A stretch of DNA of 64,000 bases from Camelus dromedarius. Taxonomy: Eukaryota. The DNA lies in assembly GCF_036321535.1 (NCBI RefSeq), contig NC_087437.1:70062001-70126000 (forward strand). Direction: 5' to 3'. Below the pieces are notes generated by a model, which searched no databases, was not told the origin of the DNA, and worked only from the letters and a program-made list of their open reading frames with translations. A program made the translations under genes and the position numbers. Every line of letters starts with the position of its first letter. Position 1 is the stretch's first letter. This document shows positions 1 to 14,699 of this stretch, piece after piece.

Positions 1-1677
<1,677 letters not shown>

Positions 1678-2743
1678 AGAGCTGGCACCAAGTATGAGGC
1701 AGGACTTCCTCTCTGCTCATTGACCATCACTGTTCTGTCAGAGTGGGGTCTGATTCCAAGTTGCTGAAGCAGAAGCCCTGATGGTCTGGCTCAAGTTGGC
1801 TTCACTTCCTTCAGGTGTGTGTTTTTCACTCTCCCCACACCAAGACCTTATCCCCAGAGGAGAGGAGTGTTGAAGCAAGTGGGGCCTGTGCATGGAGAGA
1901 GGTCTGATGTGCTGCCTATGTAGATGACTGTGGCTCAGCTCATTTTCAGCCTTGGATGCAAGTCCCAATTGTCTCTCACAGGTGATCACTGCCCCCTACT
2001 TCCATTGCCCTATTCTATTGTGGAACAACTCCAAAGGACTGGCAGGGCCCAGGTGGACTCTTGGTATGTACTGGAAGGTTAGCTGTGGTGTAGTGGCTGC
2101 CATCAGAGATCTGGATGGCTTCTGAGGCACTGCTAAGTGCCAATAGTGGCTGCTTCTGCCCCACCCAGGCTCCTCCCTGGAACCGTTCCACCATCAAGTC
2201 TTTTCCCTGGTTGTGGCTGCCCCAGATCCAGTGCCAAACCATGGCATGGAGTGAGGGGGGCCAGAGCATTTGCTCAGCTTGGGCTGGGGTGTGCAGCCAC
2301 TGTAGCAGACCTCTCTCTGCCCTGTCTCAGGCGCTAGCTTATGTGTGTGCTACTCACAAATGGAGTCCAGGCTTTCCCAGCCCTTCTCTTTGTCCCAGCT
2401 GTCCTCTAACCAACCAAGGGGACTTGTCTCTTTTGCATAGGACCCCAGAACTGGGACACCCAGCCTGTGCTTCGACCCATTCACTCTGCAAGGAGGGTGT
2501 TCATCTGTGTAATTTCCCTTATCCTGAGTCCCCTCCCAGAGGTACAAGTCCTGACCCGATAGCTTTTCTTCCCTTCCTGCCTGGATGATGTATTTTTCTT
2601 ACAGCCTTGGTTGTACAGGAGTCTTTCTGCCAGTTTCCAGTTAGTTTTCAGTGAGAACTGTTCCATGTATAGGTGTATTTTTGATATATTTGTGGGGGGA
2701 GATGAGCTCCACATTCTCTTACTCTACCTTCTTGATCTCCTCC
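1678..2743 (-). mobile_element. LINE-1 5'UTR (about 1.07 kb), including the element's 5' end
   Basis: The minus strand from 2743 reads GGAGGAGATCAAGAAGGTAGAGTAAGAGAATGTGGAGCTCATCTCCCCCCACAAATATATCAAAAATACACC. This matches the typical laurasiatherian L1 start with a decayed YY1-type AAGATGGCG motif. The stretch is GC-richer than its flanks. Confidence 0.8.
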
Positions 2744-2749
2744 ACTAAT

Positions 2750-3208
2750 ATCTTTTTTCCTCTTTTTCTAGAAGAAGAAACAGTTTTCATCCTTCTGGTT
2801 GATTGGGGTGAGGTTCCAGCCAAAGTATGACCCTAATCACAGGAAGGTAAATAATCTAGGCAAAACCAATCAGAAATTGTCTAGCGGTTTTTCTAACTGA
2901 AATTTATGGAAAAGAGCTCCTTTCTCCTCACAGGTCATGAAGCTTTGAAGATATTCTGAGGCAGCATATAGACATGGTTTCAGCCTCACGGAGTGAGCTG
3001 GTGTCAAAGAATGAAAAGAAAAGAGAGAAGCAGAGTTGCAGTATGAAGAGACAGAGACAGACAGAGACCTGAGGCCTTCATTTCCCAGATGAAGACCACT
3101 GGACCCATTCTTCTTCCAATACTGCCTTGAGACAAAAAGTTTCTCTATAATTTAAGATAGCTTGAGTTGGGCTTCAGTTATTTCAAACAAGAGCTCTTAC
3201 TGTTACAC
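2750..3208 (+). mobile_element. MaLR solo LTR (old MLT1 family)
   Basis: 3' end TTTAAGATAGCTTGAGTTGGGCTTCAGTTATTTCAAACAAGAGCTCTTACTGTTACA resembles MLT1J/K/L termini. Confidence 0.6.
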
Positions 3209-3336
3209 ATTTCATGTCTCACCTTAAACTTGATTGTTTCCCAATTTCTATCTTCCTAGTTCTTGCCTGCAGCCTCCTCAGACATTTAGGATTTACCTAC
3301 CTGCAGCTTTTCTTGATTCTCCCAATCTTGGGAAGG

Positions 3337-3495
3337 AGTATGGCATAGTCATTAGGACCTGAGCTTTAAAAGATCTGATTTGTGGCTGAGCTCCAGCTCA
3401 TTTCAGACTCACTGCCTAGCCTAAGTCAAGTTACTTAACTAATCTGAGTTTCAGTTTCTTCACTTAAAAGAGAATGGAAACAATAAGAGTGCTTG
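3337..3495 (+). mobile_element. MIR SINE
   Basis: Core TCAAGTTACTTAACTAATCTGAGTTTCAGTTTCTTCAC. Confidence 0.7.
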
Positions 3496-4339
3496 ACTAA
3501 AATTAAGTACAGCCCTCTTAATCTCGGTGTGTCTGGGTGGTGTTAAGTGCTGAATGTAAGGCACTCAGCACTGCTCCTAGCACGTGGTCAGTTTTCCATA
3601 CATGGTAGGCTTCATTATAACTCAGCATTCAGATACTCCCCAGTGCCCCTTAACTTCCCTTGGGGGTTTGCCTTCTGCTGCTGGCCAAATGGAAAGGAAC
3701 TGCTTCCTTCTTTTTATTTTTCTCCCCACTACTGCCCCACTGACTGGCTTATCAGTCCATAATATATAAAAGTAAAAGTGGACTATGGGCTTATGCAGAT
3801 CTAAATAAAACTGAGGTAAGTGACCCCCATGGCTGGTGTTGTGTACTTGAGATTATTGATGTTAATTGCAAGACACTGTGTCACAGCTCTGATTGACATG
3901 AGAAACTGAGATTGGCTGCACACAGTTTTACAAGCTGATAGGTTTTTGGAACTGAACTATGAAGCTGTTCTACTATTGGGAGTGTTGACAAGATAATATA
4001 TGCAAAGCATTTGGTTTCCTTGGAAGACAGGTATGAGAAAAATACAAAGTAAGATTAATTATTGATTATCTGTGGGAAGGAGAGAAACATACTTCTCTTT
4101 TGGCATTTTTTACATTCTGCCTTGTACTGCAATTATTTCCCCTATCAGACTGCAAGCGCTGGGAGATGAGGGGTAATGCCTTATGAATTGTATCCTATTT
4201 GTATCCTCTATAAACTCCCTGGCAAATAGGAGGTTTCCAACAAATACTGGTTAAATGGATACTGAATGGATAAGTGGAATACGTGGTTAATAGCAAAACA
4301 TTTACTTTGTGTGGAATGAAGAATAAGTAAGTAAGGAGA

Positions 4340-4530
4340 CAGTATGATACTGTGAGAAGAGAACAGGCTTTGGGTTCAAATCCAAGCTATTTCATTCATC
4401 CATTTTATAAACTTGAGTTGATACTTGATATATTTGCTTCTTCTTCTCCTTCCTCTTCTTTTTTTTTTTTTTTTTTTTTTTTTCATCAAAATGATAGGAA
4501 CGTCAATGCCCACTTGGTACTGTTGTGATA
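4340..4530 (+). mobile_element. MIR SINE interrupted by a (CTT)n/poly-T tract
   Basis: Head GAACAGGCTTTGGGTTCAAATCC; the core is expanded into a pyrimidine run at ~4437-4483. Confidence 0.55.
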
Positions 4531-4869
4531 AAGGACACTTCCCATGGCTAGGAGTTCTGTGGCCTGATCCACCATAGTTCTCAGCATCATCATCATGGGT
4601 CCAACTAATACACATTAGTGATAGACATCTGTCTCCAATTTAGTCTGTGGGCACCACCCACTTTCCTCTAACATCCTACTCTCTTTGTCCCATAACTTGC
4701 AACCTCACCACTGCTTTCCAAGGTGAAAGCTGGTTAAACTGATAAACTGGGTATATTACTCCTCCCCGGAGGTCTATTAATATTTCAGTGAGTGGTTTCT
4801 GGAGGAATAGTCGATAATACTTTAATATTTATAGTAAATATTAGTCTATACATATTTAAATGTTTTAAT

Positions 4870-5085
4870 AATAAGTATCTCCCATTTATTGTGCATCTAA
4901 TATGTATCAGTCACCAAGAATCACTTTACATCCATTATTTCTATTTCATGCACAATCACAAAGGAGATAGATTATATTTCCCATTTTACAGAATGAGGTA
5001 ACTAAAGTAATTTGCCTGAGGTCATAGATCTAGTAGTGGTCAAAGCTAGAAAATGATTCTGGGTCTACCTGGTTCAATCGGATTG
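4870..5085 (-). mobile_element. MIR SINE
   Basis: CCCATTTTACAGAATGAGGTAACT...TAATTTGCCTGAGGTCATAG. Confidence 0.75.
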
Positions 5086-6184
5086 AGCATCTCTAATGTA
5101 CAACTTTAGGTGCTAAAACTAATAAACAACAAGCACTAAACCCTTTTAACACCTTAAGAGTAATGTGACTTGGGGGTATATAGGACTCCCAATGACATTT
5201 CTATCATACCTCACTGTAGCTTCCCTTCTCCATCTCAGCATATAGGCAGCTCTACCCATCAAGATGACCCCGATCAAAACAGACATTTTACTGGTCATCA
5301 ACCCCAAGGTAAACAGATCTAAAGAGGTCTCTTTATCTCAGATTCCCAGAGGTCTTGAACACAGGGCCTCTCTGCTTTCTCCAGTATTGAAATGGGGATC
5401 TCAAGGGATAATTCATAAAAGGTAGAGGAGACACTTGGAAGACAGAATTGAGCCTAAGGTATAGCTCTTTGTGACTACAGCAATGGCCAGGGAACCCAGG
5501 AAAGCACAGTTTCATCTAGGAAGAGAAAAAGAATGGAACGTGTAAGAACGTGGACTTGGTGAATAATCAGGAAGAGAAAGGTGTGGGCCAAGAATAGCAG
5601 GACAGTGTATTCAGAAGTGGTTAGTCTTTAACCTCCAAAGCTGAGGAAGTTAGAAGTTCTGTCTATTTTGGTAACTGCTTCTCTCTTTAATTACGAACAA
5701 AGAGTCTCTCATACCTAGTAGCAGAGCTTATTATACTGAAAACAACAATCATAAGTCTCCCTGTTTACACCAAATTCTGGAAAAAGTATAGGAGAAAGAA
5801 GAATATTGTGCCCCAAAGGCAAAGCTATAAAGAAGGTATCCAAAGACGTTGGATTGTGGTCAAAGGGCACATCCCACATACCCCTTCTCCCCATAGCTTT
5901 GCAACCAGCATCCCCTACCCCCACAACGTTCACACTCCTCCCCATCTCACCCCAGGCAACTGGAATTAATTGAGCACCTTTTCCGTGTAAGACCTTGTGC
6001 TTGGTAATTGTGAGAAATACAAAGATGCATGAATCATAGTATTTCCTAGACCCCCAGAATCACAGAGCTGAAAGTAAAATCCTGTCAGTTGAAAGTGATT
6101 TAAATCACCTCAAATTCTTGCAAGTCTTTCAAAGTCAAATGTCTTCTAAAGTGTCCTACTGCACAGTCTATGCACCTAAAAATA

Positions 6185-6395
6185 GCAGCCACTAACATTT
6201 CAGGACTATGCACCCTACTGACCATTTCACATGCATCCTTTAACCCTCACAGAGTCCCTCTCAGAGAGGTATTATTATTCCTGTTTTATAGATGATAAAA
6301 CTGAGGCCTAGAAAGGTTAATCAGTGACAAGACTGGACTATGCAGGGAGCTCCGATTCCAAAGCCCATGCTGATACTTACATTACTCTACTGCCT
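6185..6395 (-). mobile_element. MIR SINE
   Basis: GGTATTATTATTCCTGTTTTATAGATGATAAAACTGAGGCCTAGAAAGGTTAA. Confidence 0.8.
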
Positions 6396-6744
6396 CTCAC
6401 TTGCTTTAAACCAAAATGTGGTAAAAGCTGGTGTCTCAGATCATCTTTATAACACTGGCACAGAAGAGGTACCCTGTGCTTCCCCTGAAATCACAGTGAG
6501 TAGGACAGGCTTGGCAACCTCCCTTTATAGTCCACTAGGGGAAATTTTGATCTTTTAAAAAAATAAATCCAATGAGATGATAACAACCAATAATGTGGCC
6601 CAGAATGACAAAGTGGGCGGGGGTTGATATATTTTCTACAGGCAATAGTAAAATGGATGGCTAAGGCAGGTAGGGTTGCCATGTGGAGATGATATGGAGC
6701 AGTTCATTTCTGGAGAGCTGTCACAATGTAGTGGAAGGCCTTTT

Positions 6745-6905
6745 ACTGAGTCCCACATCTGCCACTTGCATTGTGTGACCCTGGACGAATCACAGCCTCT
6801 CAGAGTCTCAGTCTCCCCATTCGTGAAACGGCCATCACAATGCCTACCTCAGTCCTCTTTTGAAACTCAATGGAATGACACATGCAAATCAATTAAAAAA
6901 CTGTA
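6745..6905 (+). mobile_element. MIR SINE
   Basis: TGTGTGACCCTGGACGAATCACAGCCTCTCAGAGTCTCAGTCTCCCCATTCGTGAAACGG. Confidence 0.75.
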
Positions 6906-7319
6906 AGTTCTCTCTCAAAATAGGCTATTTTAAGTTTTAAGTTATTTCCAGTTCCATGGAGATTTCCTGTAAGTAAACGTATACCTCCCTGTTCTAACTC
7001 CCTGCCTCTCACTAAGCCATTTTTCTCAGAAAGCCACAGTTTTCAATGTTCAAGGATGAATATGATTTCTTTGTGATAAATCAAACAAGTGGGTAAGAAA
7101 GTTCTATGGAAAAGAGACCAGGATGCTCAAATCAATAGCAAATGTCACCTGTGACAGATGTTCCGAGCAGCACAACCTTCTCATCACGGGCCTCAGGAAT
7201 CCTGAGCTGAGGGAGCAGGCAAATCCTGCTGTTGCCTCCTGGTTTTCATCTCTGCAGGCTGGTGTTCAGGGAAAGAAAACTCCTTCACCACTTGCCTGAG
7301 GGGGGAGATGCCTAATTAC

Positions 7320-7448
7320 CGTGCTCTGATTTCCCTCTGGAAGGCTGGCGCCAGGGCCTGAACTCAGCTCCAGAGACACTTGCTCCTGGAAAGCCCTGGC
7401 TGTCACCCTTCCCCCACCACACAGCTCACTCACTCACGCACACACCCC
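7320..7448 (-). other. Putative non-coding (5'UTR) internal exon, 129 nt
   Basis: Acceptor TCTATTTTCTGTCTCTGTTCTCAG|GGGG follows a long AG-free pyrimidine tract; donor ACG|GTAATT. All three frames contain stops. Confidence 0.4.
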
Positions 7449-8164
7449 CTGAGAACAGAGACAGAAAATAGACAGACAATAGACAGCCAACGGCTATCAG
7501 CATCAACCCTGGCCTGTCCGACACCCCCGCCCTGAGACCAGGATGGAGAGTCAGAAAGATAGCAGGTGACTGGCAGAGATGCTGCACTGCACAGAATACC
7601 TCATGGAGCTTTGACCAAGCCTGTTTTAAATATTCCATTCACATGTATATTCCACCACCGCATTGACAGTTTTTCCCTGGTGAGCAGGCCCTGATTTTCA
7701 TATTTCTTCTCCTTGCATTCAGAGAGAGAGGCTTGCCTTATAGGAAAAAGCTCCCTTCCCCCACCGCCCTGACTGGTATTACTCCAGAGAACATTCCTGA
7801 CTAAGGCTGTTTCCCGCCTCCATTCCCTGCCCCCTTCTTCTATAGCTTGGAGAAACTGTACAGTGAAAACTCAGAAAATATTTCATCCCCCTTAGGAAAA
7901 AGAACTTTGAATGTTTTAGCAAAAAAAAAATCACTTCAAAAGCATTTGCTTCCACCCACCCCCTCCGCCAGCCTAAGAAGCCAAGAAATGCAGCCATATT
8001 CTACAGTACAGACACCATCAAGGAGTAAATCAACACCCCCGGGACTGCAGCGAGGGGCGCTCTGTTGGATAAATGCCCAGCCACAGCCCATTAATGGCAC
8101 TACTTTAACAGGATCACAAGGCTTTCTTCTGGGCTTCTAACCCCAAGGACACCCGCTTACTCAC

Positions 8165-8480
8165 CAAAGGGAAAGATGCTTGTCCACAGCGTCTTTCCCT
8201 CTGGTGTCTGCAGATTTCATCCGTATGGCTTCCTTTTTTCTTTCACAAAATGGATAATGTTGACCCTGCTAAACAAGAGGCTCCAATCCAGTGGCACCTG
8301 CTACCAGCATCACAGAAATCTACAGCTTGGCTGTTTCTGACCATATAGCACATTGCCAATCTGGTTTTTGTTTTTCTTTCTCTCTTATTTTCCTCCCTTC
8401 CTTGCTCTCTGCCATTCTCTTCAATTCCTTTTTTCCTTAGAAAGGGTGGAGATTAGGAAGAGGTGGAAGAGAAAAGAAAC
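8165..8480 (-). other. Putative first exon (5' boundary unknown)
   Basis: Strong minus-strand donor TTG|GTGAGTAAG, with the last exon base at 8165. The upstream sequence is purine-rich with no obvious acceptor. Confidence 0.35.
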
Positions 8481-8599
8481 TATGATTACAGTAAGATAAT
8501 AACTGTTTCTTTTAGACCCTGGCTCCAATTAGCTTTTAAAGCAAGGACCAATCTTGGGCTCCTGTTGTGAAAGAGCCTGGGTTTCCATGACTGGGAGAA

Positions 8600-8762
8600 A
8601 GGGAAACTATGGTCCATGAACCAGGCAGCATCAGCCTCACCTGGGTACATGCTTAAAATGAAGAATCTCAGGTCCCACCGCAGACCTACTGAACTAGAGC
8701 CTGCACTTTAACAAGATCTCCAGGTGATTCAGACGCAGGTTAAGGTTTGAGAAGCACTGGTC
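8600..8762. mobile_element. MER5A-type hAT-Charlie MITE
   Basis: GCAGCATCAGCCTCACCTGGG...CAGACCTACTGAAC...TTTAACAAGATCTCCAGGTGATTC...TTTGAGAAGCACTG. Confidence 0.85.
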
Positions 8763-9124
8763 TATGATATGGTGACACTATATCTGCCTGCCAGAACTTT
8801 TTCTCACCATAAATCCACACTAGATCACAAGGAACAATGTCTGGTCCTCTGTGTGTACTATTACCAAGCTTAGTGGGCCCACTGACAGTATATACACAGG
8901 ACTGTGCACAGGCTGAGTGAGCTGCAGGGAAGTGAAATGTAGGGAAATGTAGAGACTGAAACACTGGGAAGGGGCCCATAGGTTCCCTGTCCCTGGAAGT
9001 TAATGCTGCCCAGTTACTCAGCTTCAGTTGAAGAAAGATTCTCCAAGAAGACAGGCTGCCCCAAGCCCGGGTCTTATCAGCTGCTCCATAGCCTGCTGAC
9101 TCTGGCACCATGGAAACAACCCAG

Positions 9125-9320
9125 AAATCAGCAGAGCTGGATTCTAAGTCTCCTTTCATCCCACGCTGGTTTGGGACAAGTTACTAGATTTACCCTCAGT
9201 TTCTTCATCTCGACAAACTATGATTACCAGTTTAGCTGCCACATAAGGTAGTTGTGAGGATCTAATAAAATGACATATTTCAAAAACTCTGTGCAAACCA
9301 CAGAGCAGTATTCAGTTGTT
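9125..9320 (+). mobile_element. MIR SINE
   Basis: GGACAAGTTACTAGATTTACCCTCAGTTTCTTCATCT...GTTGTGAGGATCTAATAAAATGA. Confidence 0.7.
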
Positions 9321-9630
9321 TCTACTGTTAACTAGTATAGAATCATGGAACAGAGGTAGCTTCAGATTAGAAGCATATCAATAGATCCAATCTCCTTCCT
9401 TAAACAGGAATCTCTTCTTGCTAATAAGAGGAATCACCAACTGATTCTCTCCTTTAGTCCTATGACCTCTATGAAAGAATTTAAAAAGTTAACAAAAAAA
9501 TGGATGGGTGGGTGGGTGGATTGGATGGACAAATAAGCATCTATTGAGCATGGACATGGTGTTAGGTATTTTCAGATGTATTCTACTGATGCTCACAAGA
9601 GAGAGCACACAGACATTCTGGGGTGGATGC

Positions 9631-10021
9631 TGTGATGTACTGCCCCTTTCAGGAATGAAGGACTTATTCTTCCAGCTACTGGAAGTGCTGCTGGTAGAAA
9701 GCCCTTGATTATCAGCCCTTTGGGGGACTACTTTGACTAAAGAGGGCTGCTTCATGCCAGGCTGCATCCAATGACTGCTCAACACAAGGGTATCAAGGCC
9801 TAGGCCTCTTTCCAAATCAGGATGTCTCTGAAGTCTCACCTCATCTGTGTTTTCATTGAGACTGCATCAAAGCTCTATTTGTCTCTCTGCTCATTCCTGC
9901 TTCCTTCCTTTTCCTTCCATTGGAATCCATCCCAAGAGCACTCCCAATACACTTCCAATAAACCATCTGCTTGATAATCTCCACCTCAGAGCCTGCTTCC
10001 TAGGGGACCTTACCTGTGACA
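9631..10021 (+). mobile_element. ERVL solo LTR, LTR16-like
   Basis: Starts TGT and ends AATAAACCATCTGCTTGATAATCTCCACCTCAGAGCCTGCTTCCTAGGGGACCTTACCTGTGACA. Confidence 0.7.
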
Positions 10022-13000
10022 CATCCTCATACTAACTTCTTATGTTTTGAGCATATTTTCTCAAGCACACACATTCACAGATATCCTTGGGATCAGAGAC
10101 TATCAGAGATTCATAGGGAAACAGAAACTATCCTATCAAAACTGGAGGGAAACTTGGGGATCATTTCATCCAACCACTTTATGTAATGCAAGATTCTGAG
10201 TTTAAATAATTTGACCAAAGTCACTTTGCTAGTTAGTGGTAGAGCTAAAACCAAACCTTAGGGCTCCTGACTAGTGATCCAGTATGTTTTTCTAGTGCAC
10301 AGTGATACTGCCCAAGAAAGAGAAAGGCCTATGTCCAAACCTGAGGAAGAACATAGCACTGTACAGCAACCTTCAGTCACAGAGCAACAAAGCACTGAAT
10401 AACAAATGCTCCTGCCTCACTTTATGGCTGTTTTCAAAAACAGATGAATTAATATTTCAAAATATTGCTGGTTTCCTATTCTTCCTTAAGATAAGTAACC
10501 ATATATGTAAGGTTGTCTGGGGCCAACCTCCACTTTTGATAACATGCTTGGGTTGGAAGACAACACAAGACAAATTCAACAGGCTCTGTTCTGGGATCCC
10601 ATAGGGCTGACTGTAGTTAAACACAAACTTTAAGGTGCCTCAAATCATTTCTATGAATTATCATCCTTATACTAAGCAAAATGATCATATTTCAGACCCT
10701 GAGATAAGACACACAGCAGGCCTGGAGGATGAAAAATGAGGGCGCCAAGGGAGAGATAAGAAAAGTGCAGACTTTTATGGTTCTTCTTAACTTGTAAATA
10801 GGGCATGGCAATTTTTCTTTCTGTAATAGATGTTACAGTCTCTCTTTGGCACACCCATAATATCCTGTATGGTCTTGACTTTGTATTGATCACACTGGAT
10901 TAAGATTATACTTTATGGCCCTGTTCTCCACTAAATTGTGAGTCTTTGCCATGAGGTCTGTGGTTACTTACCTGAGTGCCTGCCTGTGATCAGTACTGAA
11001 TTAATGTTTGCCAAATGCATGAGTAGTTAAATGAATGAACAATGTTGAGGTCTCATTCTTTTCTCAAAACATCTTGTCCATAAAAACACAGGGCTTGAGG
11101 ATCTCATGGGAGTTCAGAGCAGAAAGGGTCTTTCAGAGTTATCTTGTGTCATTTCAACACTTTTTACATATTAGGAAAAGAAGCCAGAGGGCTGAAGAGG
11201 TGAAAGGATTGGGATCTCACGCTATCAGAAGAATCATGTTTTGTTTGGGCTAAATGCTTAAAAGGAGTAAATAAGTTCTAAAGTTTTATTAGTCCATACC
11301 TTTCTCACCTCCCCTAGGTAACACTTTTCAGCTCTTTCTTCTTATGGTTTATCTCCCTATTGGAACTTGCAAATATGCCTTTTACTCCAACTGTCATGAT
11401 AAAACTGGAGAAACCATTGATAGGCCCCACTCTACAGAATAAGGGTCTTCAGCCATTGAGCCTTCCGCTTATGTGAAATGGGATGGAGCGCAGCTGGGCT
11501 GCCTACCTCAAGACTTATTAAGTGAGGAGCTAATCTGATCAGAGGGTTGGCTTAACTGAGGCTGACTACATTTCCTCAGGGTTTTTGCTGTCCCTGAGGA
11601 GAAGGGGAATCAGGATGCAGATCAGAAATATAAGTGCTTTCACTGAGGCATGGCTCGATTTGCAATTCAATTCAGTAAGGGGAAAAAAAATGATAGAACA
11701 GGCTACTGGGCTGGGGCTGAATGCCAAGGGGTCACTGGGTTCCTTAACAGCAGTGATTATTCAAAGGGGTAGGAGGTCGTGGATCTGGGCAGGGTAAGAA
11801 GCATCAAACGTATTCTCTGTCATTCTGGAGAGAGGTGACTCGGGGGAAATGGAGAAGATTGCATCACCGATTTGACTAGCAGAAGGAGCTGGGCTAGGAC
11901 CAGCTGGCGTAATCCTACACACTACGATTTTCTCATACACCTCCATCTTCTATTATGGTTGTTACTGCTGTGGATTATCAAACAGGCTATCAAACCCAAG
12001 CCAGGTGGAACTGGATAATCATAGAAATATCATCAGCCTTGTTATTATTTTTGTTTTCGTAACGTTACCAGGTTCCAGAAATGTACTTTGCATGAAAGCA
12101 TTTTTTATTGTTAGCATTAATAACACACCTCTGAGGAGCTCAAAAGATAGTGTCAGCACAGAATTAGCAGCAGACCCCTGACAGTAAAGCTCAGAACACA
12201 GGTGGGCTTGAAATAAAGCAGAAGTCAGGCACCCGAGGGGAGTGTGAGCCCTTAGCATTAGAAAATGAGCAATTCAGAAATTGTAAGAGGAGAGGGGAGG
12301 AGTACAGAAGCATCAAGAATCCTACTTTTGGATTAATTTAATGTGAGGAACAATTTAGGATGATTTTTTAATCCAAAACTCATTTGATAAAGAATTAAGT
12401 GGTATAACTTGATTCCCTGATTATTCAATCCAAGAGATTAAACATTTTCTATACCAGACCAAATGTCTATCTGATCATAAAACTGGAGGGACCAGTATTA
12501 AAAGGACTCTGCTTGGGATATCCTAGAGCTGTAAGATACACCTTAACTGTACCCACCCAATGTGGCCAAAACAGCATAGGCTGCGATAAAGGGCCTCACT
12601 TTACTTCGGCAGAATTTAATAACAGAAGTATCCAGAATATCCACTTAAATACCTTGAAGCAAGTATAATAAACAATTATTTTAAGCTTAACATTTGAGTA
12701 ACGCTTTACATTCTTCAAAATGTTTTTGTGTTCCTCTTGGCTTCTTGCAGTAACTGAGATAAGTATGACAGAATTATTTATCCATTTTGCCATTTTATTT
12801 CTTTTCTCTCACTGTCACATTATTAGTGGCAAAAGCTACATAGGCAAGTTTAGGACCCATATTTGCTAATTAGTTCTATGGCATTGGTTTCATTATAACA
12901 TGAAGTCCAGAATTTAATTTTAGACATGTGCTTTTGGTACCCAAACCACATTCTATGCACAATGGAGAGATTGTCCACCATGACAGTTCATCCTGAGAAA

Positions 13001-13857
13001 TGGGGACTCTCAGGACATCTGCCTCCCATCACCATTGATCAGTTCAGGTAAATAACTGCAACTAAAGATAGCCATAGGAGCCAAAGAGGACCATTAGTGT
13101 TCCAGTCCAAGAGTCACGATCTAAACTAACTAGCAGGTAATTCACACTATGTTGAATCAGCCAAAACATAGCATACTACCTTTCATCAGTGGACTTTTGC
13201 ACAATCAAATGACAGGTTCCAGTGCAAAGACATGGAGGCATAAAGGGGAGAAATAAAGCTCTCCTACCCCCATTTCTATTTCATGTGCCTTTAGATAAAA
13301 CTGATTTCTATAAAAATCAATTTTAAGAATCATCAGCCTCTGGATCACTCAGTATTACTCGAATCGCCTTTTAGAAGATTTCTAAAACTATTCTGTAAGA
13401 CATCTTTCCTTAGATCTTTAGCACAAGAACAAAATGCTTCTCAGAACCATAAATATATGTCAAATATATTTAATACTGGCTATATCTAGAGAATAGAGTT
13501 ATGGGGGCACTTTTCCTTTCTAATTATTACACGGTTCATAATGTTTTCCATTTTTAAATATTATGTACTAATTTTGTAATTAGAAAATATCAATAAGGAC
13601 CAGAGAGAGAGAGAGAGAGACCATGTAGGTTCTAGATCAGTGCCAGCATTTTAGAGCTAACACTCAATGTCAGGGAAAACACTGGGTTCATCAAAAGTTA
13701 TGTGGCTAATTTTTAAGTTATCTGATTGATCAGACTTCTTGAAGCTTTACTCAGAGTACACATGGTTAGAGAATGGCAGGTGACCCTAAAGATTCTTCTT
13801 GCTCTAATAACTCATGGTTCTAAGAGTTGGAAGGTGCTTTGGAAAGATTGCCCTTGG

Positions 13858-13989
13858 TAGGGTGGTCATGTTATTTATTGCTTAAAATAAGACATTTTGT
13901 GGATGACAAGGGTGTACAATTAATAATTATTCCTAGACAGCAGGTATAAACCAGAACCCTTTGGGCACACTGGGTTGTATGGTGACCTG
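13858..13989 (+). mobile_element. MER94-like hAT-Blackjack MITE
   Basis: Decayed TIRs TAGGGTGGTCAT...ATGGTGACCTG; internal TTAATAATTATTCCTAGACAGCAGGTATAAACCAGAAC. Confidence 0.7.
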
Positions 13990-14699
13990 TCCTTAATAGA
14001 TGATCAATTTCTAGACCCTCGTTGGGATTTCAGACTTTTAACTTTATATCTGGTTGCCAATATTTCTGAGAGCAACAGGTGATACAAAAGGAAATAAACT
14101 TTGGCCTGTTGGTTACCTTTTACACATTTTTGAAGACATATGAATCAGGGAAACAAAATTTAAGCAGTTCACACTCTTCCTGTTAAATGACTTATTGGGG
14201 CCAGAATTAGAGTAGGACATTAAATGAGCTCTAGAATATCATCAAATGCAGTAAAGTTTAAAGCAGCAAAAATAGCAGTAGAGGAAAATTCTGGGTTGAA
14301 GAGAGAAGGATCATAAACTGATCCATAATGGGTGTAATATCTAGTCACATGGTCCCCTCAAAAGTGTAAGTCACAAAAATAATTGTCCAGGCAATAGAGT
14401 AAGTGGATGACATTGATAAAATATTATCAGAGTAAACACTATCCCTCATGGTGACAAAAGAAGTGCTGAAACGTAAGCATGCTATGCAGATTATCACTTC
14501 CATATTTCCTGGCTTGCAGGCTGCTAAATTCCTAGCCATGATAATATATATTAATGGGAGGTTGAAAGTTAAATAAATATAATTTGAGCAAGCCAATTCT
14601 CTGTGGTATGCTTTCTGTAATGGATGAAAAGCTAACAGAAATGATTAGTCACTGTAGAAATAAGGCACTGATCATGTAATCATAATAAGACAGCTTCCA

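Larger units (their letters stand above)
7140..8480 (-). promoter_or_regulatory. Candidate promoter / 5' end of an unidentified minus-strand gene
   Basis: Repeat-free block with about 18 CpGs between ~7160 and 8225 (manual count), well above the flanks. It has GC-box-like CCCCCGCCC (~7524), a CTCF-like motif (8047-8062) and minus-strand splice signals. Confidence 0.45.

Noticed and set aside
2115..2588. 157-aa ORF and overlapping ORFs
   Set aside because: They lie in the GC-rich L1 5'UTR and show no recognisable protein features.
7426..7638. 70-aa minus ORF with a hydrophobic, signal-peptide-like C-terminus
   Set aside because: The hydrophobic stretch is the translation of a pyrimidine tract and is better explained as a splice acceptor. 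I recognise no homology.
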